32,000 bases of DNA from Deltaproteobacteria bacterium (GTDB taxonomy: Bacteria; Desulfobacterota; Desulfuromonadia; Geobacterales; Pseudopelobacteraceae): NCBI GenBank assembly GCA_021780495.1, contig JAJXYO010000062.1, positions 86,302 through 118,301 on the forward strand, written 5' to 3'. The notes under the pieces were generated by a model, which did not search any database, was not told the DNA's origin, and saw only the letters and a program-made list of their open reading frames with translations. The position numbers and the translations under genes are program-made. Of this stretch, positions 23,815 to 31,969 are shown piece by piece. Positions within the stretch are counted from its first letter, which is position 1, and each line of letters starts with the position of its first letter.

Positions 23815-24963
23815 ATGTTCACACGCCTCTATATCCATATACCCTTCTGTCAAAAGAAATGCCCTTACTGCGCTTTTTTCTCACAGGAGCACACGGCCGA
23901 AAGCCTCAGCGAATACGCAGGACTGCTGTGTACGGAGATGAACCTCGTCGCGCAGAATTCAGCCTCGCAGCACAAGTTGGACTCCATATATTTCGGAGGC
24001 GGTACCCCCTCACTGATGAATTCCCGTCAGCTGGCACGCTTGATTGAGCAGGCTGAACAGCTCTTTGGACTGGCCGCTCAGGCTGAGATAACTCTGGAGG
24101 CCAATCCGGGTACTGTTGACTATCACAAACTGGCTGATTTCCGCAGGGCCGGGATCAACCGGCTGTCTGTGGGTGTTCAATCTTTTGACGACCAGATGCT
24201 GGCAACACTCGGCCGTATCCACACGGCTCAAGAGGCAAAGAAATCTTTTGCAGCGGCACGTCAGGCAAATTTCAATAATATCGGCATCGATCTGATCAAT
24301 TCTTTGCCGGGCCAGACACGGGAAATGTGGCAAACCGATCTGGAGCAGGCCTTGCAACTTGCCCCTGAACATATTTCGGTCTATGGGCTAACCATAGAAG
24401 ATGATACCAGATTCGCAGAACAGTATACCGAAGGCAGTATGCTGCTCCCTGACGAGGATTTGTCAGCAGAGATGTTTGAAGCGGCGGACGATCGGCTTGG
24501 CTCCCATGGCTATGAGCACTACGAGATCGCCAACTACGCACGGCCAGGATTTCGCAGTCACCACAACAGCGGATATTGGCATAGAGATGGTTATCTGGGG
24601 GTGGGAACCGGAGCCCATTCGTACTTGCGAGACACGGGCTATGGCACCCGCTTTAGTAATGTCGCGAATTTTGATACATATGCTCAGACACTGTGCAAAG
24701 GAAAATTGCCGCGCATTGACATATCGGATCTAACTCGCGAAGACGCGATGGCCGAATATATGTTTCTGGGGCTGCGCATGTCAGATGGAATTGTCATTAA
24801 ATCCTTCGAGAAGGAATTCGGGATGCAACTCAACGATGTCTATGGGCAGGCATTGGACGTATTGAAATTCCAGCAGTTGTTGACAACCGACCCAGCTGCA
24901 GTTCGTCTCACCCGTCGCGGCATGCTGCTCTCCAACCAGGTATTCCGACACTTCCTGCCATGA
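23815..24963 (+). CDS. hemW: Radical SAM heme chaperone HemW (HemN-like, oxygen-independent coproporphyrinogen-III oxidase-like protein)
   Basis: 382 aa. LYIHIPFCQKKCPYCAF (CX3CX2C followed by A-F, not the fourth Cys of HemN), YFGGGTPS, and a HemN_C-type C-terminus. Size and motif match HemW/YggW. Confidence 0.85.
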   Translation: MFTRLYIHIPFCQKKCPYCAFFSQEHTAESLSEYAGLLCTEMNLVAQNSASQHKLDSIYFGGGTPSLMNSRQLARLIEQAEQLFGLAAQAEITLEANPGTVDYHKLADFRRAGINRLSVGVQSFDDQMLATLGRIHTAQEAKKSFAAARQANFNNIGIDLINSLPGQTREMWQTDLEQALQLAPEHISVYGLTIEDDTRFAEQYTEGSMLLPDEDLSAEMFEAADDRLGSHGYEHYEIANYARPGFRSHHNSGYWHRDGYLGVGTGAHSYLRDTGYGTRFSNVANFDTYAQTLCKGKLPRIDISDLTREDAMAEYMFLGLRMSDGIVIKSFEKEFGMQLNDVYGQALDVLKFQQLLTTDPAAVRLTRRGMLLSNQVFRHFLP

Positions 24964-25095
24964 TCAGCTGCCATGCTTGCTAACGAATGACCATCTTGTG
25001 AGTGAAGCAGCTGCAGGTATTAAATATTTGCACACATAACCAACTGATTGTATGCGATTAAAGCAGTTCAGCCCGACGAACAACAAAAATAGTTA

Positions 25096-25124
25096 TTGAC
25101 TATAACAGACAGGTCGGCTATAAA
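25096..25124 (+). promoter_or_regulatory. Sigma70-type promoter for the tRNA-fMet gene
   Basis: TTGACT (25096-25101), a 17-nt spacer, then TATAAA (25119-25124). The -10 ends 17 nt before the mature tRNA 5' end. Confidence 0.6.
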
Positions 25125-25141
25125 CATGTTTCTTCAATTGT

Positions 25142-25218
<77 letters not shown>

Positions 25219-25228
25219 AACAATCACA

Positions 25229-25257
25229 GGGGTCTACAGCGATGTAGCCCCCTTTTT
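25229..25257 (+). terminator. Rho-independent terminator after the tRNA
   Basis: GGGGTCTACA-GCGA-TGTAGCCCC forms a 9-bp stem with one bulged T and a GNRA-type loop. It is followed by C-TTTTT (25253-25257). Confidence 0.75.
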
Positions 25258-25346
25258 CATGCCCTGACGTTGAGCTGGGCTCACAAGACTACAACGCCTG
25301 AAGAGGCCGCCGAGAAGCACTTATGCGAAGTACCTTCTTCGCCGTT

Positions 25347-25730
25347 TCACAACCAACCGAGGCGCTTGCACGCGCCGTAGACAAGGTAAACCCCTACGCC
25401 AGAGACAAACAGGCCGAAGAAGAGACGTAGATGGGGACCCTTCATCTGGTTCGCTAGGAATGCGCCTCCCCAGGCGCCAACAAACATGGTTGCTGCGACA
25501 ATCATTGCCGCTCTGAGATCCACATTCCCGCTCCGATAATATTCAAAAGTCGCTGCGAGTCCAATCGGTGGGAGCAACACAGCCAGACTGGTTCCTGTTG
25601 CCTTATGCTGTGAAAATCCGGCCCAGTAGATCAGAGCCGGAACAATGACGATCCCGCCACCAACACCAAACAGACCGGATGACACCCCCCCAATCAGACC
25701 GATGATTACGAATATAATCCATTGAGGCAC
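25347..25730 (-). CDS. Half-size TauE/SafE (DUF81)-like membrane protein (putative anion/sulfite exporter family)
   Basis: The ORF track start at 25841 is TTG with no SD. The GTG at 25730 is preceded by GGAGGA plus a 6-nt spacer. The resulting 127-aa protein has 4 predicted TM helices and Gly-rich TauE-like motifs GLIGGVSSGLFGVGGGIVIVPAL. Confidence 0.7.
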   Translation of the reverse strand: MPQWIIFVIIGLIGGVSSGLFGVGGGIVIVPALIYWAGFSQHKATGTSLAVLLPPIGLAATFEYYRSGNVDLRAAMIVAATMFVGAWGGAFLANQMKGPHLRLFFGLFVSGVGVYLVYGACKRLGWL

Positions 25731-25849
25731 CAGAAAATCCTCCGTTCGATCTATATACACCGCTTGATGTGTAATCAGATTCCTAGCCTGACCACCAATG
25801 CAGCTTCTGAGCCGTCGCCAGTAACTGCACACAATAAACAAATCTATCC

Positions 25850-26179
25850 TTAAATTATCTCATACACGATGAGTCCACAGATCAGCGCCATCATTGACAG
25901 AGCAAAAATAAAAAGGTAGTCAGCGATATTTGTCAACAATTCCTTTTGGCTGAGACGACTACCCATTTTCAAGGCTATGTAGGAAAGAATACAACAAAAG
26001 AGAAACAGAAATGCATCGAGGGCCAGTAATTCCTCCCCAAAATGAGACGTCCGGGCACCTCCTAAATGTCGCATTATCCCTATGACGGTCAAACAAACGC
26101 CAACCAGAGTTGCCGAAACTGTAAAGATATGGATTGTAAGGTCAAGCTCAACAAATGCCTTCGATGGTTCATGTGACAT
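25850..26179 (-). CDS. Small integral membrane protein, unknown function
   Basis: 109 aa with three hydrophobic helices (IFTVSATLVGVCLTVIGI, LALDAFLFLFCCILSYIAL, YLFIFALSMMALICGLIVY). I recognised no family motif. Confidence 0.55.
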   Translation of the reverse strand: MSHEPSKAFVELDLTIHIFTVSATLVGVCLTVIGIMRHLGGARTSHFGEELLALDAFLFLFCCILSYIALKMGSRLSQKELLTNIADYLFIFALSMMALICGLIVYEII

Positions 26180-26353
26180 AACAGCGCCTAAGTGGTGTGA
26201 GTAGATTAAATCTTATTGCGACAAAAATAATTCGTTATTTAAAGGTACATTTTTTTGTAATGTCCATTAAAAACAGCAGGTATCAAGCCTTGTGGATTTC
26301 TGTGACAACGGCATCCGCAGATCACAACGGGAAACAGTTGCTTGGCAATACGT

Positions 26354-26932
26354 TCATAGCTCCCGCCCGGTAAATTGGATGAACCGATTCAAGGATTCCC
26401 TGACCTTGTCAAGTAGACCGTCATCTACATTCCACCATTTTGCCGCAGCATCAGGAGACCATATTTGTTCGATTGAATTAATCGCAATATTTTGACGCGT
26501 ATCAATCTGGCCATATTTTGCCGTAACTCCACAACAGAGAGCTCTTTTCCATTCGTCCTCATTGCCTTGGTTCCATGTTTCCTTATACTCTTGAAAAGTC
26601 AATTTCCCGCCAAAATTCATCTCACTTACATCTATTGCAGAAGCACTGCCCTGGCTATCCCTATGTACCTTTTCAACATAGGCAACATGCCAGTATTTAC
26701 CGAGATCGAATATGGCAACATCGCCTGCTGCAACTTTGGAGATTTCCTCGTTTTTGAGGGTAGTGATTTCAGCAACAGAATTTGGGATTGGAAATGTCGC
26801 GATCTTGGTTTTTACATAATCGACACAATAACCACCCCGTTTGACCCAATCATCACAGTTGCAACCGGCACAACTGTTTTTACTTACCATTACCAGGGCA
26901 AAGATTATAATTATTTCAAGACAACGTTTCAT
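26354..26932 (-). CDS. Secreted CHAP-domain protein (Cys/His amidohydrolase/peptidase fold)
   Basis: The ORF track start at 26959 is TTG. The ATG at 26932 gives the signal peptide MKRCLEIIIIFALVMVSKNSCAGC. The CHAP-like catalytic pattern is GGYCVDYVK (Cys) ... GDVAIFDLGKYWHVAYVEKV (His). Confidence 0.65.
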   Translation of the reverse strand: MKRCLEIIIIFALVMVSKNSCAGCNCDDWVKRGGYCVDYVKTKIATFPIPNSVAEITTLKNEEISKVAAGDVAIFDLGKYWHVAYVEKVHRDSQGSASAIDVSEMNFGGKLTFQEYKETWNQGNEDEWKRALCCGVTAKYGQIDTRQNIAINSIEQIWSPDAAAKWWNVDDGLLDKVRESLNRFIQFTGREL

Positions 26933-26962
26933 ATCATCTTCACCACTCTCCTTTACCAATAA

Positions 26963-28024
26963 TCAGAAGCTGATTTTCTTACAAACAGCACCAGAATATT
27001 TTTTTTCTTCCGGAACTCCGAAAATCAGAGAGATTGCGCACTTTGAAGCGAGCATTTCTTCATAGCTGTGACCTACGCCAATAACTTCGTAGCCTCGATG
27101 TTTGAGCTTGACCTGATTGTCAGCCAGATGGTGCTCGTATCGGATATACGCCAGGCCACGTTTCAGACGGTTCGCGCCTTGGGCCTCAGCACTGCACGAT
27201 TTGTCCAGCAATCTGTGGTTCGGGTCTTTATCATCAGACCCCAGAAGATATGTAACATCACGATCGGCATAACGCATGAACAGCTGCTGCCCCGTGTGCT
27301 TCCCCGCATAGGGAATAATTTTGTCGATTCCGTAACGGTATTCGTTGTAGGAATGACAGCCGGCGGGGTTGAAGTAGGTAAAGGTATGGCCGTTTGGTCG
27401 TTCGCGTGTGAAATACAGATATGACGGGGAATTAGCAACGACATACCGAAGTTCAATGCCGGAAGAGAGGATGCGTTTGTGGATTTTGTTTAAAGCAGCA
27501 TACCGTTGAACAAAGGCCCCGCCGTCAGAATGCCCAACAACCACGATACGTACCAGAGCCGGGAAGCGGCTTCTATTTGCCACAAATGACAACAGATCAT
27601 CGAATACCTTAAATGAACTTAGATATGGCGCATTAATAGATACTTCGCCGCTTGGCCATCCCATTACCTTCCAGAAGGGCAACCCTTGCATCTCTGCTAT
27701 TTCGACGTCAGGCGTTGCCAAGAAGTCCGGAGCGATCAACAGGGTTTTATCATTGGTGACACCGCGGGCCATCATCAACCTCATCCCTTCGTTAAAATAA
27801 TCTTGCCCGTTTCGCTGCAAGCCATGTTGTATGACGACAACACGCTTGACCCGTTTCATATCCGAATTCATCGGCCTGTTGGCATACACGGAGAAAGAGT
27901 ATGTTGCTGACCCCTTACCCAATTCAATCCTCTGTGGTTGAAGCAAAGCAGCAGGGGTATCCATTGCCGTCCCGGAACAGATCGAGACAGCCCAGAAAAA
28001 GATCGTTAACAAAAAGGTAGTCAT
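26963..28024 (-). CDS. Secreted alpha/beta-fold hydrolase (esterase/depolymerase-like)
   Basis: 353 aa. Signal peptide MTTFLLTIFFWAVSICSGTA. Oxyanion-type VVVIQHGLQRNG and nucleophile elbow VVVGHSDGGAFVQRY (GxSxG). Confidence 0.75.
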   Translation of the reverse strand: MTTFLLTIFFWAVSICSGTAMDTPAALLQPQRIELGKGSATYSFSVYANRPMNSDMKRVKRVVVIQHGLQRNGQDYFNEGMRLMMARGVTNDKTLLIAPDFLATPDVEIAEMQGLPFWKVMGWPSGEVSINAPYLSSFKVFDDLLSFVANRSRFPALVRIVVVGHSDGGAFVQRYAALNKIHKRILSSGIELRYVVANSPSYLYFTRERPNGHTFTYFNPAGCHSYNEYRYGIDKIIPYAGKHTGQQLFMRYADRDVTYLLGSDDKDPNHRLLDKSCSAEAQGANRLKRGLAYIRYEHHLADNQVKLKHRGYEVIGVGHSYEEMLASKCAISLIFGVPEEKKYSGAVCKKISF

Positions 28025-28131
28025 AAGGTTTCTGCCTGTTAGTTTATATTTTTATAAAAGCCTTTATATGGCTGAACCAGTGCCAGCAGACACATTCTGC
28101 GCAAGGCAACTGCCCGGATGTAACGGGTGTG

Positions 28132-28473
28132 TTAGGCAAGAGGAGGTAATCCGGGGGGAGCCCGTGGTGGTGAGAGCCCCAGCGACAACGGGGGTACAGG
28201 TAAATAATTGTGGTGGAGTTCTTGAGAGGCGGTACCGACAACAGGACGAAAAACGAGGCTGAGTTGAATTGCTATAGCAGGGTCTTCAGCAACCTTTACA
28301 ACAGAATGAACCATTGTACGGGAAGGAGTATTATCCAGAACAGCACGTCGCATAGGCTTGGGCTTATGCTGACATGAAAAGTCTGTTACCTTCATCCCCA
28401 CAAAGACGAGAAACAATGGGATCAGAAGGGTTATGAAACGAAAACTGCGTCCATGTTTTGCGAACTTATTCAT
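28132..28473 (-). CDS. Doubtful small ORF (N-terminal TM anchor, Pro-rich tail)
   Basis: 113 aa with an ATG start and weak SD. The N-terminus MNKFAKHGRSFRFITLLIPLFLVFVGM looks like a membrane anchor. The C-terminal third (PVPPLSLGLSPPRAPPGLPPLA) is encoded by a GC-rich, hairpin-rich stretch that also carries an ORF on the opposite strand. The coding status is therefore uncertain. Confidence 0.3.
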   Translation of the reverse strand: MNKFAKHGRSFRFITLLIPLFLVFVGMKVTDFSCQHKPKPMRRAVLDNTPSRTMVHSVVKVAEDPAIAIQLSLVFRPVVGTASQELHHNYLPVPPLSLGLSPPRAPPGLPPLA

Positions 28474-28545
28474 GATGCCAACCTACCAGATTCTTAAATT
28501 CAGCACAAGCTGGTATACGGACAATACGGGCGCAACGCGGCTGCA

Positions 28546-28950
28546 TTATGGCAAAGAAGCAGTGATGATGAACTCGGGAGGGTCGGACATAACCTTTTTA
28601 ACCGTGCAAAGTTCCGCTGTCTTTACAATGGCGTTCAGGTATTTCTCAGGGAAACCTGGGGGGAGCAGAATATCGATTGTCAGCCTCGAAAGCCTTTTCT
28701 TGCCAGTATCGTCGATACTGAATTCCATCTGCTGGGTGAGCAGCATCCCTTCCGTGTCGATCCCCCGTTGCTGACAGAAGCTGAGAACGTAAATCCCGGC
28801 ACAGGTGCCGAGTGAAGCGAGAAAATAGATGAAAGGGCTTGGCGCAGATCCTTCACCTCCATCTTCCACCGATTGATCCGTAGGAATGACCACCTCCCCG
28901 ATTTCCGCATTTACCTTTTTCCCGCCCGGGAACGTGATCCTCATCTCCAT
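28546..28950 (-). CDS. OsmC/Ohr-family peroxiredoxin-like protein
   Basis: 134 aa. SD AAGGAAAGGG lies 8 nt upstream. Two conserved-Cys contexts typical of OsmC are present: LASLGTCAGIYV and TAELCTVKKV. Confidence 0.8.
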   Translation of the reverse strand: MEMRITFPGGKKVNAEIGEVVIPTDQSVEDGGEGSAPSPFIYFLASLGTCAGIYVLSFCQQRGIDTEGMLLTQQMEFSIDDTGKKRLSRLTIDILLPPGFPEKYLNAIVKTAELCTVKKVMSDPPEFIITASLP

Positions 28951-28991
28951 ACATTCACCCTTTCCTTTATGTTACGGCAATACGAGCAGCA

Positions 28992-30194
28992 TCATGGCGA
29001 AATTGTCACAGATGCTTGCGGCCGCTCGTTGAGCAGCAACTGAAGCTGAAGCGTGCCAGGCAGATGTGCATTTTTGGCGGCGTGAATCATAAAGATGACT
29101 TCACGGTGCTGATTTGCCGCCACCTCGATGTCATGTACCTGCCCAAGCAGTTCGACACCACCGGTAGGTTCACCGTTAACGCGGAGCGAGTACACCTGGG
29201 AAGCTTGGGAGCGATTACCGATGATTGCCCGCCAGGGCTGTGCAAGCGAGCCGTCCGGCAAACGACGCTGATCGGCAGTTGCAACCCTTTGAACAGCAAA
29301 GACAGACTGGGTTCTGGTTATTACTCCCCAGATCAGACCTGCCAGCAGCAGCAGCGTCGCCAATAACAGTATCGCCGTTATGTTGCCGAGACGAAACCTG
29401 GTACCTTTTACCGTCCCGAAACGGTAGCCGATCAACCCGAGCCCGTCAGGTTTTTTCTCCATGACGGCCCGACACGCATCGATACAGCGCCCGCAGCCAA
29501 TACATTCAACCTGAAAACCGTTACGGATATCGATTCCCATCGGGCAGCTGCGAACGCAGGCGTTACACCGCACGCAACGCTCCCGGGTTTCTTCCAGAAA
29601 GGACAGGTTCAGGGTGCCGGCATCCATCAAGGCCGTCTGGAATCTGCCGTAGGGACAATAACTGCGGCAGAAACTCCGCTTGATCAGCATCAGGTTGAGA
29701 TAACCGCACAGCGTCATCACCAGGAAGATCACAACCATGAAGCGGTGATCGGAGAGATGAAGAAGGTCTGTAACAACCTGACCGGGAGGCATGAACCAAC
29801 AGAACATATTGAAGGCGATCAACTTCGCAAGAATCAAGGCTGACAGGTGTTCGAGAGGTCGCACAACTGAAACAGGCACCGTCGTTTTGAATCTTCGCGT
29901 CACCACATCCATCAGATCATTGAAAACCGTTTGCGGACAGAGCCAGCCGCACCAGACCCTTCCAAGCACGGTCGTCACCAGCAAAAAAGAAACCACACCC
30001 AGTAAAACCACCAGCAGCACAAGATAAAACTGATCGATCCTAAGCGGTATCCCCGCCAGAAAGAGCGTCATCCCGGCGATATCCATGCGGAGAAAAGGAT
30101 TGCCCGCTATCGTCACAAACGGCAGGAGCAACGCCGTAACGATCAAGAGGCCCTGAACAAACTGGCGTTTATGGGTAATTCGCGGGAGAGGCAT
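28992..30194 (-). CDS. FixG/CcoG-like membrane polyferredoxin (4Fe-4S binding)
   Basis: 400 aa with N-terminal TM helices. Motifs CGWLCPQTVF and CRSYCPYGRFQ are present. There are two ferredoxin motifs, CVRCNACVRSCP and CIGCGRCIDAC, followed by a further TM helix and an Ig-like C-terminal region. It is shorter than typical CcoG. Confidence 0.8.
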   Translation of the reverse strand: MPLPRITHKRQFVQGLLIVTALLLPFVTIAGNPFLRMDIAGMTLFLAGIPLRIDQFYLVLLVVLLGVVSFLLVTTVLGRVWCGWLCPQTVFNDLMDVVTRRFKTTVPVSVVRPLEHLSALILAKLIAFNMFCWFMPPGQVVTDLLHLSDHRFMVVIFLVMTLCGYLNLMLIKRSFCRSYCPYGRFQTALMDAGTLNLSFLEETRERCVRCNACVRSCPMGIDIRNGFQVECIGCGRCIDACRAVMEKKPDGLGLIGYRFGTVKGTRFRLGNITAILLLATLLLLAGLIWGVITRTQSVFAVQRVATADQRRLPDGSLAQPWRAIIGNRSQASQVYSLRVNGEPTGGVELLGQVHDIEVAANQHREVIFMIHAAKNAHLPGTLQLQLLLNERPQASVTISP

Positions 30195-30289
30195 GATGAA
30201 AGTTAGCCCCGATCAATACATTGTACATTTATTGCACTCGTGATCCTGCATAGATAGCACGTCGAGCTGACTGATGCAGCCTTACTACG

Positions 30290-31969
30290 TCAGCTTGCGT
30301 CTCTGAGCGGATATGGCCACGCAAGAATGCCGCCATCCATGTATTTTGTATTCTCAAAACCTGCGGCGTCAAGGATTCTGTGGGCTTCGTACCCTCGCAG
30401 GCTGACCTTGCAGAACGTGATGATCTCCTTGTTCCTGGGGAGTTCTTCCAGTTTTTCCCGCAACAGGCCCAAAGGCATCAGTGTTGCCCCCTCGATCCCG
30501 GTTTCGTCATACTCTGCCGGTGAGCGCACATCGAGCAGGATGAAATCCTCCTCTGCGTCAAACTTACGCTTCACGTCATGCGGCGAGACACCTCTGGCAT
30601 GGCCGGCCAGCTTGTTTTTCAGGATATCCGCAGCCACGATCAGGTTATCCATGGCTGCGGAATACGGTGGGGCATAGGCAAGGTCCAGCTGCGACAGCTG
30701 CTCGGCGGTGGCATGGAAGGTTATGGCGGTTGCCGCGGCATCAAGCCGTTTGTCCACGGCACCCTCACCTGCGGCCTGCAGACCGAGCAATCTACCGGTT
30801 GTGCGTTCTGCGACCAACTTCAGGACGATCGGCTTGGCGCCGGGGAAGAAGTGCGCCTTGTCGTGGGCCGGCGAGAGTACTGTCTCCACGTCAAAGCCAT
30901 TGGCCCGCGCCTCGCTTTCGCTCAGACCGGTTTTGCCGGCATTGATATTGAAAACCTTGAGGATGCTGGTGCCGATAACTCCAGCAAAGACAGCCTCACC
31001 TCCGGCAGCATTGATTCCGGCGACACGCCCCTGTTTATTGGCGGTACTGCCCAGCGGGATATAGACCTTTTTACCCGTGATCAGATGGTTGGTTTCGCAG
31101 CAGTCACCACAGGCATAGATAGCGGGATCATTGGTACAGAGCCGCGCATCGACCGAGATAGCGCCGGTTACCCCTAGATCGAGACCTGCGGCCCGAGCCA
31201 GTCCGACATTGGGGGTCACGCCGGGTGCCAGCACCACCAGATCGGCGGGCAGTTCCTGTCCGCCGATACGCACAGCCGATACCGTTGTATGCCCGATGAA
31301 CCCGGTCACAGCGCAACCGGTCATAACCGTCACCCCCTGCTGCCTGAGGTGTTTCTCGACGAGGTACGCCATTTCCGGGTCCAGTACTCCCGGCAGGAGC
31401 TGATCGCGCATTTCGATGACCGTCACCCGCATACCCTTTTTCTGCAAGGCCTCAGCGGTTTCCAGACCAATCAGTCCACCGCCGACAATACACGCCCTAT
31501 CGCCGGAAATGGCGCAGTTTTTCAGCAACTCGGCGTCTGCAATGGATTTGACCGTCAGGATATTGGGCAGGCCGACCTTGTCGATGGCGGGAATGAACGG
31601 TGAGCTGCCGGTGGCGAGGATCAACCGGTCATATCCAAGCGATGAGCTCTGTCCGGTTGACGTATCGAGGAGATGGACAACCTTTGATTCACGGTCGATA
31701 CCGGTCACTTCAACACCGGTCTGGACTGTTACTCCCTTGACCTTTTTAAAAAAGTGGGCATCGCGGACAACGCCCACCGCCGTACTCATCAGCTCCTTCA
31801 CGTCAGCTACGGTATCGGACACGAAATAGGGTATGCCACACGCGCCGTACGAGATAAAAGTGCCTCTGTCAATCAAGGTGACTTCCGCCTTGGGATTGAT
31901 TCGTTTCGCCTTTGAGGCGGCCTTGGCCCCGGCGGCGTTTGCGCCGACGACAACTATTCGCATCTTCAT
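30290..31969 (-). CDS. CoA-disulfide reductase-family FAD/NAD(P)H oxidoreductase fused to a C-terminal rhodanese domain (persulfide/polysulfide reductase-like)
   Basis: 559 aa. FAD fold MRIVVVGANAAGAKAA. The single redox Cys sits in the context SYGACGIPYF, typical of CoADR/Nox. NAD fold IVGGGLIGLETAEAL. C-terminal rhodanese active-site loop FCKVSLRGYEA. SD GGGGAG upstream. Confidence 0.85.
   Translation of the reverse strand: MKMRIVVVGANAAGAKAASKAKRINPKAEVTLIDRGTFISYGACGIPYFVSDTVADVKELMSTAVGVVRDAHFFKKVKGVTVQTGVEVTGIDRESKVVHLLDTSTGQSSSLGYDRLILATGSSPFIPAIDKVGLPNILTVKSIADAELLKNCAISGDRACIVGGGLIGLETAEALQKKGMRVTVIEMRDQLLPGVLDPEMAYLVEKHLRQQGVTVMTGCAVTGFIGHTTVSAVRIGGQELPADLVVLAPGVTPNVGLARAAGLDLGVTGAISVDARLCTNDPAIYACGDCCETNHLITGKKVYIPLGSTANKQGRVAGINAAGGEAVFAGVIGTSILKVFNINAGKTGLSESEARANGFDVETVLSPAHDKAHFFPGAKPIVLKLVAERTTGRLLGLQAAGEGAVDKRLDAAATAITFHATAEQLSQLDLAYAPPYSAAMDNLIVAADILKNKLAGHARGVSPHDVKRKFDAEEDFILLDVRSPAEYDETGIEGATLMPLGLLREKLEELPRNKEIITFCKVSLRGYEAHRILDAAGFENTKYMDGGILAWPYPLRDAS

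Noticed and set aside
23815-24963. Calling this gene hemN (coproporphyrinogen dehydrogenase)
   Set aside because: The cluster motif is CQKKCPYCAF, without the fourth Cys of the HemN CxxxCxxCxC signature. The 382-aa size matches HemW-type heme chaperones, so it is called hemW.
26492-26962. 156-aa plus-strand ORF opposite the CHAP-domain gene
   Set aside because: The minus-strand frame carries a signal peptide and a CHAP-type Cys/His pattern. The plus-strand product has no recognisable features and arises in AT-rich sequence.
28098-28130. Local similarity of GCGCAAGGCAACTGCCCGGATGTAACGGG to the 3' half of bacterial SRP (4.5S) RNA domain IV
   Set aside because: The essential 5' partner motif (GGTCCGGAAGGAAGCAGCC-like) is absent on either strand. 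The surrounding helix does not close as SRP RNA would.
28141-28175. Resemblance of GGAGGTAATCCGGGGGGAGCCCGTGGTGG (plus strand) to the cobalamin-riboswitch core (GGTG..AATCCGG.GC.G.CCCGCCACTG). This was tempting because the window encodes B12-domain rSAMs.
   Set aside because: The match breaks at the conserved CCACTGT segment. I found no GCCACTG...GGGAAGG element and no B12 box (AGCCAGGAGACCTGCC-like). No plus-strand gene lies downstream to be regulated. An Infernal scan would settle it.
25219-28545. Integrated mobile element or prophage remnant at the tRNA-fMet 3' end
   Set aside because: No integrase, transposase or phage gene is present. I could not find a direct repeat of the tRNA 3' end downstream by eye. 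Only the compositional oddity of 26.3-27.0 kb is retained, as a low-confidence finding.
28433-28774. 113-aa plus-strand ORF
   Set aside because: It is antisense to the OsmC-family CDS (28546-28950), which has a strong SD and conserved Cys motifs.
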